From Deltaproteobacteria bacterium (GTDB lineage Bacteria > Desulfobacterota > RBG-13-43-22): a stretch of DNA of 50,121 bases. The position numbers and the translations under genes were made by a program. The DNA lies in NCBI GenBank assembly GCA_016219065.1, contig JACRCK010000073.1:1-50121 (forward strand). Direction: 5' to 3'. Below are positions 42,290 through 50,121 of this stretch, piece by piece (within the stretch, counting starts at the first letter, position 1; each line of letters begins with the position of its first letter). The notes beneath the pieces are model-generated. The model saw only the letters and a program-made list of their open reading frames with translations, ran no database searches and was not told where the DNA came from.

Positions 42290-44240
42290 GGAGCAAGCCC
42301 CTGATTTCGGCCGTCAGCTGTCGATCCCCATAATGGCGGGCCTGAAGGGCGCCGCTGGGGCAGGCGGCCGCGCATAGTCCGCAGCCCCGGCACAATACCT
42401 CGTTGACGCGGATCGACTCCGGTTCCGGCGCCCACTCCAGCGCCAGAAAGGGGCAGGTTTCCAGGCAGATCCGGCAGCCCGAACAATATTCCTCCAGCAC
42501 CTGGACGGTCATCGGTTCCAGGGCGATCCGTTGCCCGGGGACCAGACGACGGAGGATCTGCCCCGCGGCGGCCTGGCCATCCAGAATGGCCCCGGGAATA
42601 TCCCGCGGCCCTCTGGCGCAGCCGACCGCATAGATGCCCTCAACCCGAGTATTCACCGGCTCCAGTTGTTCCGCCCGGGTTTTCCAAAATCCGGCTTCAT
42701 CCAAAGGGAGACGCAGTTTTTTAGCCAGCCCGGGCGCGTCCGCCGAACCGGCGCCTTCTTCCGCGACAATCAACAGATCGAAGGCCTCGTTCCGCCGGTT
42801 TCCCGATCGTTCCCGGTATTCCATCCGGTACCGCCCTCCGGAGCGGCTGATCCGCAGGGCTTGCCCCGGATCGAGGCGTTTGAAATAAATCCCCGCCTCC
42901 CGGGACAATTCCTGAAAAAAGCGGACGGCTTCCGGGCTCGGCAGGTTCAGTTCCCGGTAATAAAAGCGGATGGCCGCCTCCGGCCGCTGTTCTTTAATCT
43001 GGCGGGCCAGTTTCAAGTAGGGACCCAGGAGAGGGTTCAACTGATAGGATTCGGGGTGGCCTTCCTCCCAGTCTTGACAGGCGATAATCCCCACTGCCCC
43101 CGGTTCCACACCTTCCGGCCAGGGGAGACGACCGCCGGTGGGTCCGCTGCTGTTGAACAGGATCTCCGCTTCCAGACCTGAAATAAACCCGGATCGGCCG
43201 GTACGGATTCCAGCCCCGGACGTTTTCCCGGGCACGGTTTCAAAACCGGTGGCCAGGACAATGGCCCCGACCTCGATTTCCCGGATTTGATCTTCCTGAT
43301 CCAGCGCCACCGCCCCCAGGGGGCAGGCTTCTTGACAGGCCCGGCAACCCTCCCCCTGGTGATAAAGACAGCGGTCCCGGTCCAGGATCGCCACAGCGGG
43401 CAGGGCCCCGGGAAAGGGGAGATAAATCGCCGGGCGATCGGCCAGGCCCAGGAAGTGCTCGTTGGGCGCCCGCACCGGGCAAACCCCCTGGCAGGCCCCG
43501 CACCCCAGGCATTTTTCGGCATCCACTCCCCGGGCCCGTTGCCGGAGACCGACCTGGAAATTTCCGAACGACCCCTTTACCTGCTCTATTTCGCTGGTCA
43601 GGTAGACCTGAATCGATTCTTCATGCAAAACCCGGTCGATCCAGGGACTCAACAAGCAGGCGCCGCACTCCAGGCCGGGAAAGACCTTTTCGTAGAGGAC
43701 CGTTTTACCTCCTAGAAAGGGGGCCCGCTCGACCAGATGAACCCGTCTCCCCGGACCGGAACAATTCAGGGCGGCGGTGATACCGGCCACCCCGGCGCCG
43801 ATTACCAGCACGTCGGGGTTCACTTCTTTTTCTTTTTTGGGAATCGGCTGATGTTCCCGGACCCGCCCGACTGCCGCCCGCAGCAGCTCCCGGGCCTTTT
43901 GGGCGGCCTGCTCCGGGTCGGTAGTTACCCAGACGCATTGTTCCCGCAGGTTGGCCATCTGCAGTTGAAAGGGATTGAGTCCGGCTTTTTCCAGAACACT
44001 CCTGAAGGTCAGTTCATGTTCGCGGGGAGAACAGCCGGCCACCACAATCTTTTCCACTGCGGAGGCCTGAATTTCTTGGGCCAGAAACGACTGCCCCGCA
44101 GCCGAACAAAGCAGGCCGTGGGTCCAGACCCCCGCTACCCCGGGCAGGGCCCGGGCAAAGACCGCCAGGTCGGCCGTCGATAGCTTACCCTCCAGGTTCG
44201 GCCCGCAGCCACAAATAAAAACTCCCAGCTTATCGGCCAT
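42273..44240 (-). CDS. hdrA: Heterodisulfide reductase subunit A-like flavoprotein (atypical)
   Basis: GVFICGCG, AGCSP, NLREQC, IGAGVAG FAD motif, ECGAC, inserted and C-terminal 2x[4Fe-4S] ferredoxins, GPTGG, GCARGPRDI. Confidence 0.9.
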   Translation of the reverse strand: MADKLGVFICGCGPNLEGKLSTADLAVFARALPGVAGVWTHGLLCSAAGQSFLAQEIQASAVEKIVVAGCSPREHELTFRSVLEKAGLNPFQLQMANLREQCVWVTTDPEQAAQKARELLRAAVGRVREHQPIPKKEKEVNPDVLVIGAGVAGITAALNCSGPGRRVHLVERAPFLGGKTVLYEKVFPGLECGACLLSPWIDRVLHEESIQVYLTSEIEQVKGSFGNFQVGLRQRARGVDAEKCLGCGACQGVCPVRAPNEHFLGLADRPAIYLPFPGALPAVAILDRDRCLYHQGEGCRACQEACPLGAVALDQEDQIREIEVGAIVLATGFETVPGKTSGAGIRTGRSGFISGLEAEILFNSSGPTGGRLPWPEGVEPGAVGIIACQDWEEGHPESYQLNPLLGPYLKLARQIKEQRPEAAIRFYYRELNLPSPEAVRFFQELSREAGIYFKRLDPGQALRISRSGGRYRMEYRERSGNRRNEAFDLLIVAEEGAGSADAPGLAKKLRLPLDEAGFWKTRAEQLEPVNTRVEGIYAVGCARGPRDIPGAILDGQAAAGQILRRLVPGQRIALEPMTVQVLEEYCSGCRICLETCPFLALEWAPEPESIRVNEVLCRGCGLCAAACPSGALQARHYGDRQLTAEIRGLLHAENG

Positions 44241-44327
44241 TTACAATTACTTCGGCGTTTTGAAACGCTTTCTTTAAATCCAATCGGTTGAATACTATTT
44301 AATGGATCGATCTTTTGCGAACATTTA

Positions 44328-44356
44328 ATTATGCGGGGTGAATCTGGGAAAGTCAA
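44328..44356 (-). promoter_or_regulatory. Sigma70 promoter candidate for the hdrA-mvhDGA operon
   Basis: Minus strand TTGACT-N17-CATAAT. Confidence 0.65.
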
Positions 44357-44390
44357 TCCAGTTTACGCAGGCCCTGGCCCATTTTTAAAA

Positions 44391-44419
44391 TTGACCGGAG
44401 TACTAATTTTAATTATGTT
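44391..44419 (+). promoter_or_regulatory. Sigma70 promoter candidate for the molybdopterin oxidoreductase
   Basis: TTGACC-N17-TATGTT, back-to-back with the hdrA promoter. Confidence 0.5.
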
Positions 44420-44458
44420 AAATTGTTAAAATAATTTTAATAAAGAGCAAACAAACTT

Positions 44459-46540
44459 ATGGTTCCCGCCAAAAATTCGAAGACCATTAAAACTTATTGT
44501 GCCCGGATGGACCATGGCGGCTGCGGCCTGCTGGTCACCACGGAAAACGGAAAAATCACCCGGATCCAGGGCGATCCGGAATCGCCGCTCAGCCACGGCT
44601 ATATCTGCCCCAAAGGACTGGCCGGCGCCGCCCGCCACACCCATCCCGACCGATTGAAGACCCCGCTCCTGCGAGACGGAGCCCGGGGGGCAGGCCGCTG
44701 GCGGGCCGTTTCCTGGGAGGAGGCCCTGGGACTGGTGGCCGACCGATTGCATAAAATCCGTCAGGAATCCGGCCCCCAGTCGGTTGTGTTCGCCCAGGGG
44801 GCTCCCAAAGGGTTGGAACATTTCGTGCTGATCCGCCTGGCCAATGCCTTCGGCTCCCCCAATGTCTGCGGTCCCCAGCACGTCTGCCACATGCCCCGGG
44901 AACTGTCCGGAGTGCTGACCGGCGGCTTTTTCCCCGTGCCCGATTACGATTCCCATACCTGTTTGATCCTCAACTGGGGCAGCAACCTCCTGCGGACCAA
45001 TGAAGAGGGGATCATCTCCTCCCGGCTGAACCGGTCCTTGAAAAGCGGCGCCGATCTGATCGTCATCGACCCCCGCAAAAATCACCTGGCCGACATTGCC
45101 CAGAGCCATCTGCAGATCAGACCCGGAAGCGACGGGGCGCTGGCCCTGGGCCTCCTGCGGGTCATCATCGAGGAAGGGCTCTATGATAAAGCCTTCGTCG
45201 AGCAGTGGACCCTGGGCTTTGCAGAACTCCGGGAAAGGGTGCAGCCCTACACCCCGGAGCTGGTGGCCGAACTGACCTGGCTGACGCCTCAGGAGATCGT
45301 CCACACGGCCTGGTCCTACGCCGTTTCCAAACCGGCCCTGATCCAGTGGGGCAACGCCCTCGAACATACGCCCAATAGTTTCCAGACCTGCCGGGCCCTG
45401 CTCTGCCTGATGGCCATAACCGGAAACCTGGACGTCCCCGGAGGCAATATCATGCCCGAAATGCCCCCGGTGGCCCGCCTGGCCGATTTCGTCAAGGCCG
45501 CCCTGCTTCCCGATAAGGCCCGGAAGATGATCTCGCAGGCGCACCGGCTGCTCCCCAATTTCATGGTGGTCCCGCCGCCCCTGGTGCTCCGGGCCATCCG
45601 ATCCGGCGAGCCCTACCCGGTCCGGGCCCTATACGTGCAGGTGTCCAATCCCCTGCTGACCTACAGCCAGTCCCGGGAAACGGCCGAGGCCCTGAAGTCG
45701 CTGGACTTTCTGGTGGCGGCCGATATCTTCATGACTCCCACAGCCGCCCTGGCCGATGTGGTGCTGCCGGCGGCCACCAGCTTTGAGTTTGACGATCTGG
45801 GCCACTTCGGTCTGGCCCACGGCTGGATCTCGGCCCGCCCCCAGATCGTCGATCCCCCCGGGGAGGCCTGGCCCGACATCCGCATCCTGAACGCGCTGGG
45901 GCGGGCCCTGGGGCACGGCGAGCATTTCTGGGAAGATTATCGCCAGGCCCTGGAGGAAGTGCTGCAGCCTTCCGGGCTGACCTATGGGCAGTTCCAAGAA
46001 AAGGGGCTCTTGACGGGAGGCAAAAATTATTCCAAGTATCTGGAAAACGGCTTTAAAACTCCTTCGGGGAAAATAGAGTTTTTTTCCGCCCGCCTGGAAA
46101 AATGGGGCTTCGATCCGCTGCCCGCTTTCACCGCTCCCCCGGAGATCAGCCTGGATTATCCTCTGGTAGCTACCAGTCGAAAAAATCCTTATTATTTCCA
46201 TTCGGCCTATCGGCAGTTGGAAGCCCTGCGCAAGAAACACCCGGATCCGATCGTGGAGCTGCATCCCCGGACCGCCCAAATCCTTAAGATCGCTGCGGGG
46301 GAGGAAGTGGCCATTGTAACCAAGGCCGGTCGCATCCGTCAAAAGGTCCGGTTGACCGAGAACATCGACCCCCGGGTGGTCTATATCGATTACGGCTGGT
46401 GGTTTCCCGAAATCGGGATCGAACGACTTTTTGATTGGGACCGGTCCAATATCAACATCCTGACCGCCGACGAACCTTTAGGTCGGGAAATGGGCACCCC
46501 TAATCTCCGGGCCTTCCCCTGCCGGGTGGAGAAAATATAA
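44459..46540 (+). CDS. Cytoplasmic Mo/W-bisPGD oxidoreductase (acetylene-hydratase-like clade)
   Basis: CARMDHGGC...YICPKG, HPDRLKTPL, QHVCH, IRPGSDGALALG, TGNLDVPGG, ADVVLPAA, TPSGKIE, FHS. No Tat signal. Confidence 0.85.
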   Translation: MVPAKNSKTIKTYCARMDHGGCGLLVTTENGKITRIQGDPESPLSHGYICPKGLAGAARHTHPDRLKTPLLRDGARGAGRWRAVSWEEALGLVADRLHKIRQESGPQSVVFAQGAPKGLEHFVLIRLANAFGSPNVCGPQHVCHMPRELSGVLTGGFFPVPDYDSHTCLILNWGSNLLRTNEEGIISSRLNRSLKSGADLIVIDPRKNHLADIAQSHLQIRPGSDGALALGLLRVIIEEGLYDKAFVEQWTLGFAELRERVQPYTPELVAELTWLTPQEIVHTAWSYAVSKPALIQWGNALEHTPNSFQTCRALLCLMAITGNLDVPGGNIMPEMPPVARLADFVKAALLPDKARKMISQAHRLLPNFMVVPPPLVLRAIRSGEPYPVRALYVQVSNPLLTYSQSRETAEALKSLDFLVAADIFMTPTAALADVVLPAATSFEFDDLGHFGLAHGWISARPQIVDPPGEAWPDIRILNALGRALGHGEHFWEDYRQALEEVLQPSGLTYGQFQEKGLLTGGKNYSKYLENGFKTPSGKIEFFSARLEKWGFDPLPAFTAPPEISLDYPLVATSRKNPYYFHSAYRQLEALRKKHPDPIVELHPRTAQILKIAAGEEVAIVTKAGRIRQKVRLTENIDPRVVYIDYGWWFPEIGIERLFDWDRSNINILTADEPLGREMGTPNLRAFPCRVEKI

Positions 46541-46549
46541 GGAATCCTT

Positions 46550-47614
46550 ATGGCGCAAACGCTCAAAAAACGTTCCGAGAAAGTGGGCTTACCTCCGGGG
46601 ACCCTGATCCATGTAGGGGAGCGTAAAAGCGAACGGACCCGCGTGGACCTGCTGGAATATGACGGGGACCACTACGAGGAACGGGAGATCGAACGGATCG
46701 CCGAATGCCTCGTTTACAAAGACCGGCCTTCCGTCACCTGGATCAATGTTCGGGGTCTCCACCAAGTGGAACGGATCGAACAATTGAACGAATGCTTTGG
46801 GCTCCACCCCCTGGTGATGGAAGATATTCTCAATACCGACCAGCGCCCGAAGATGGAAGACTTTGGAGATTATATCTACATTGTGCTCAAAATGATCTAT
46901 CCGGCCAACCCCGGACCGGGGTTTATTACCGAGCAGGTCAGCCTGATCCTGGGCGCCAATTATCTGATCTCCTTTCAGGAAAGCGACGAAGATGTCTTTG
47001 AACCGATCCGGGAAAGGATCCGCAACGGCAAAGGCCGCCTCCGGAAACTGGGGGCCGATTACCTGGCCCATGCCCTGCTGGACACCATCGTGGATCACTA
47101 TTTTATTATCCTGGAGAAGCTGGGCGAAGAAGAGGAAGACCTGGAGGAAATCCTGATCAAGAATCCGACCACCCGAACCCTGCAGGCCATTCATCAACTG
47201 AAACGGGAATTGATTTTTCTCCGGAAATCGGTCTGGCCCCTGCGGGAGGTCGTCAGCAATCTCGAACGGGCCGAATCCCCGCTGATCCAGGCCACCACCG
47301 GCATCTACCTCCGCGACATCTATGACCACACCATCCAGGTCATCGACAACCTGGAGACCTTTCGGGACATGCTCTCCGGCATGCTCGACATCTACCTGTC
47401 GAGCATCAGCAACCGCATGAACGAGATCATGAAGGTGCTGACCATCATCGCCACCATCTTCATTCCCCTGACTTTTATTGTCGGCCTATACGGCATGAAC
47501 TTCAAATACATGCCGGAGTTGGAATCGCCCTGGGGCTACCCGGCGGTCCTGTTGTTGATGCTGGCCGTTTCGGTCTTTATGCTGCTGTACTTCAAGCGCA
47601 AGAAGTGGCTTTAG
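46550..47614 (+). CDS. corA: Magnesium/cobalt transporter
   Basis: GLPPGTLIHVG, LHPLVMEDI..QRPK, GLYGMNF signature, MPEL, two TM helices. Confidence 0.96.
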   Translation: MAQTLKKRSEKVGLPPGTLIHVGERKSERTRVDLLEYDGDHYEEREIERIAECLVYKDRPSVTWINVRGLHQVERIEQLNECFGLHPLVMEDILNTDQRPKMEDFGDYIYIVLKMIYPANPGPGFITEQVSLILGANYLISFQESDEDVFEPIRERIRNGKGRLRKLGADYLAHALLDTIVDHYFIILEKLGEEEEDLEEILIKNPTTRTLQAIHQLKRELIFLRKSVWPLREVVSNLERAESPLIQATTGIYLRDIYDHTIQVIDNLETFRDMLSGMLDIYLSSISNRMNEIMKVLTIIATIFIPLTFIVGLYGMNFKYMPELESPWGYPAVLLLMLAVSVFMLLYFKRKKWL

Positions 47615-47751
47615 ATCCCTGTCAAAGAACAGATACGTGCGGACCGGAGTAATGGAGTATTGGAGTGCTGGAGTAATGTTACTGCTGCGAACCAACACTC
47701 CAATGCTCCACTACTCCATCACTCCTGTACTTTAATAGTTGCGGCTTTTAC

Positions 47752-48909
47752 GTGAAATTCTTTAAGATCATCTTCAAAAACGCCCTGCGCCACAAGCTGC
47801 GCACTGGTCTGACCATCCTGGGGATCGCTGTGGCCCTGCTGGCCTTTTGCCTGCTGCGGACGGTGATCGCAGCCTGGTATGCGGGTGTGGAGGCCTCGGC
47901 GGCCAACCGCATGATCACCCGCAACGCCGTTTCCCTGATCTTCCCCCTGCCCCTGTCCTACCTGCCCAAGATCCGGCAGATCCCGGAAGTGAACAACGTT
48001 TCCTACGCCAACTGGTTCGGGGGCATTTATATCGATGAAAAAAATTTCTTCCCCCAGTTCGCCGTCGAGGCCCGGAATTTTTTCAACCTCTATCCCGAGA
48101 TCAATGTTCCGGACGACCAGCTGGCGGTCTTTTTAAGGGAGCGCAACTCCTGCCTGGCAGGCCGCAAACTGGCCGCCAAATACCAATGGAAAATCGGGGA
48201 GGTCATTCCGCTGCGGGGCGTCATTTTTCCCGGCAACTGGGAATTCGTTTTGCGGGGCATCTACCGGGGAGCGCAGAAAAACGTGGATGAAACCCAATTT
48301 TTCTTCCATTGGGATTATCTGAATGAGCAGGTCAAAAAGGTCTCTTCCGTTCGGGCCAACCAGGTGGGCTGGTATGTCATCCAGTTGAAGGACCCCTTCA
48401 AGGCCCCGGAGGTGACTCGGATCGTGGACCAGGGCTTCAAAAACTCCCTGGCCGAGACCCTCACGGAAACGGAAAAGGCCTTTCAACTGGGTTTCGTGGC
48501 CATGACCGAGGCCATCGTGGTCTCCATAAAGGTGATCTCCATCGTAGTGATCTTCATTATTATGATCGTCCTGGCCAATACCATGGCCATGACCGCCCGG
48601 GAGCGGATCGGCGAATACGCCATTTTGAAGACCCTTGGCTTTGGCCCCCGGTACATCCTGTTGCTGATCGCCGGGGAATCGCTGTTGATCGCCCTGGCCG
48701 GCGGGGCCTTGGGCATCATCCTGACCTTTCCAACGGTTCGGGTGGTGGGCCAGCCTTTGGCCACCTTTTTCCCGGTTTTTATCGTCACCCCCAGAACCCT
48801 ATGGCTGGCCCTGGGGGCCTCGGTGTCGGTCGGGATGGCGGCGGCCATCTTTCCGGCCTGGCGGGCCGTCACCATCCGCATCGCCGACGGGTTGCGGGGG
48901 ATCGGGTAG
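47752..48909 (+). CDS. ABC transporter permease (MacB/FtsX-like)
   Basis: LRTGLTILGI, periplasmic domain, NTMAMTARERIGEYAILKTLGF, FPAWRA. Confidence 0.9.
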   Translation: MKFFKIIFKNALRHKLRTGLTILGIAVALLAFCLLRTVIAAWYAGVEASAANRMITRNAVSLIFPLPLSYLPKIRQIPEVNNVSYANWFGGIYIDEKNFFPQFAVEARNFFNLYPEINVPDDQLAVFLRERNSCLAGRKLAAKYQWKIGEVIPLRGVIFPGNWEFVLRGIYRGAQKNVDETQFFFHWDYLNEQVKKVSSVRANQVGWYVIQLKDPFKAPEVTRIVDQGFKNSLAETLTETEKAFQLGFVAMTEAIVVSIKVISIVVIFIIMIVLANTMAMTARERIGEYAILKTLGFGPRYILLLIAGESLLIALAGGALGIILTFPTVRVVGQPLATFFPVFIVTPRTLWLALGASVSVGMAAAIFPAWRAVTIRIADGLRGIG

Positions 48910-48915
48910 GCTTAA

Positions 48916-49010
48916 ATTAACAATTAGTAATTGACAATTGATTATTGATTATTGGTCCGTCCCAGGCTTTGATACTCAATAATCAATTGTCAATTCTCAA
49001 TTATCAATGC
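48916..49010. repeat. AT-rich heptamer-periodic inverted repeat
   Basis: aattgacaattgattattgattattg ... caataatcaattgtcaattctcaattatcaat. Confidence 0.75.
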
Positions 49011-49072
49011 TTAATTCTTAATCGGCGATGATAAAGAAAACTTATATTATCTTTTAATAAAAAGGAGCTTTC

Positions 49073-49879
49073 ATGACCAACGCCTCCCCTTTTTCTCGGG
49101 TTGATTTTTCTCTGATCGACCGGCGGATATTTTATCCGCGCCGCGATCCCTTCTCCCCGGTTCCGGCCGGAGCGGAAGATCATTCCTTTCCGGTGGAACC
49201 CGGTATTGAAATCGGCGGCCGGTTCTATCCGGCCGATTCGGCCGGCCCCCTGCTGCTGTTCTTTCACGGCAACGGGGAAATCGCCTCCGACTACGACGAG
49301 ATCGGTCCCGCGTACAACCGACTGGGCATCAGCCTGCTGGTAGCGGATTACCGGGGCTACGGCCGGAGCCAGGGAAACCCCTCCGTCAGCACCCTGCTCT
49401 CGGATGCTTTGACGGTCTTTGATCAGGTCGAGGACTGGCGCCAAAATCAAGGGCGCACCGGCCCCCTGCTGATCATGGGGCGATCCCTGGGCAGCGCCCC
49501 GGCCATCGAGATCGCTTGGCGGCGAAAAGAACGGATTGCCGCCCTGATCCTGGACAGCGCCTTCGCTTATACACTACCGCTGTTAAAGGTGTTGGGGATC
49601 CCGGTGGACACCTGGGGGCTGCACGAGGAAGACGGGTTCAGGAACCATGAAAAAATCAGTTCCATCTCCAAACCGACCCTGCTGATCGCCGGCCGGCGTG
49701 ATGACCTGATCCCCTACACCGAATCCGAGACCCTCCTGCAACTTTCCAGCGCCCAGCGGAAGGAACTGGTCCTGGTCCCGGGCGCCGGACATAACGACAT
49801 CTTCGCCCGTTGCGGAGCGGGCTACTTCGAGCTGGTGTCCCGGTTTATCAAACCGTTGCTGAGGAAACAAAAACGATAA
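49073..49879 (+). CDS. Alpha/beta hydrolase (ABHD17-like)
   Basis: FFHGNGE, DYRGYGRS, GRSLG, GAGHND. Confidence 0.88.
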   Translation: MTNASPFSRVDFSLIDRRIFYPRRDPFSPVPAGAEDHSFPVEPGIEIGGRFYPADSAGPLLLFFHGNGEIASDYDEIGPAYNRLGISLLVADYRGYGRSQGNPSVSTLLSDALTVFDQVEDWRQNQGRTGPLLIMGRSLGSAPAIEIAWRRKERIAALILDSAFAYTLPLLKVLGIPVDTWGLHEEDGFRNHEKISSISKPTLLIAGRRDDLIPYTESETLLQLSSAQRKELVLVPGAGHNDIFARCGAGYFELVSRFIKPLLRKQKR

Positions 49880-49921
49880 ATTCCGAAAACCCCTTTACGT
49901 ATAAGAAAGGAGCCTGCCAAC

Positions 49922-50121
49922 ATGACCGGGAACGATAACCACCGAAAGCTCCTGACCCCTTTTGATCTCAGGGGCCTGCAGCTCAAGAACCGCATCGTGA
50001 TGGCCCCCATGACCCGGGGCCGGGCCGGAGAGGAACGGCTCGCCAATCCCTTGATGGCGGAATATTACCGTCAAAGGGTCTCCGCCGGGCTGCTCATCAC
50101 CGAAGGGGTCTTTATTTCCCG
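49922..50121 (+). CDS. Old Yellow Enzyme / alkene reductase, N-terminus (runs off the window)
   Basis: MTGNDNHRKLLTPFDLRGLQLKNRIVMAPMTRGRAG...AEYYRQRVSAGLLITEG; AAGGAG RBS. Confidence 0.88.
   Translation, partial: MTGNDNHRKLLTPFDLRGLQLKNRIVMAPMTRGRAGEERLANPLMAEYYRQRVSAGLLITEGVFIS

Overview
A GC-rich chromosomal segment, probably from an anaerobic Desulfobacterota (deltaproteobacterial) organism; the taxon is inferred from gene content. Housekeeping blocks are ppdK; rmlA-rmlB-rmlD; a BirA-operator-led bioB-bioA-bioF-bioD operon; phoH / 7TM-HD / ybeY-pdxJ (ybeY and pdxJ form one in-frame ORF); cvpA-mazG; pgk; corA; and several oxidoreductases and hydrolases. The accessory region at ~14.0-22.7 kb reads as a decaying integron cassette array with no integrase in the window (CALIN). 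It holds small minus-strand genes, complete and eroded attC sites, two orphan BrnA-like antitoxins and an IS3 remnant. It also holds three remnants of an HUH/Y1 (RAYT-like) element with GGGTCGGACCA inverted ends that sit in or next to attC sites. The array is anchored by a diverged duplication of the pdxJ 3' end. A second unusual locus (36.2-44.2 kb) is hdrA-mvhD-mvhG-mvhA-tusA-PAS hybrid kinase. Its HdrA lacks the CxxxCC cluster motif, no hdrBC is present, and the [NiFe] large subunit ends exactly at the maturation cleavage His. Intergenic DNA is dense in REP-like hairpins and 7/8-nt periodic repeats, and the window opens with a ~260-bp-arm inverted repeat. No rRNA, tRNA or CRISPR array was seen. 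All assignments are by eye from motifs; no searches were run.
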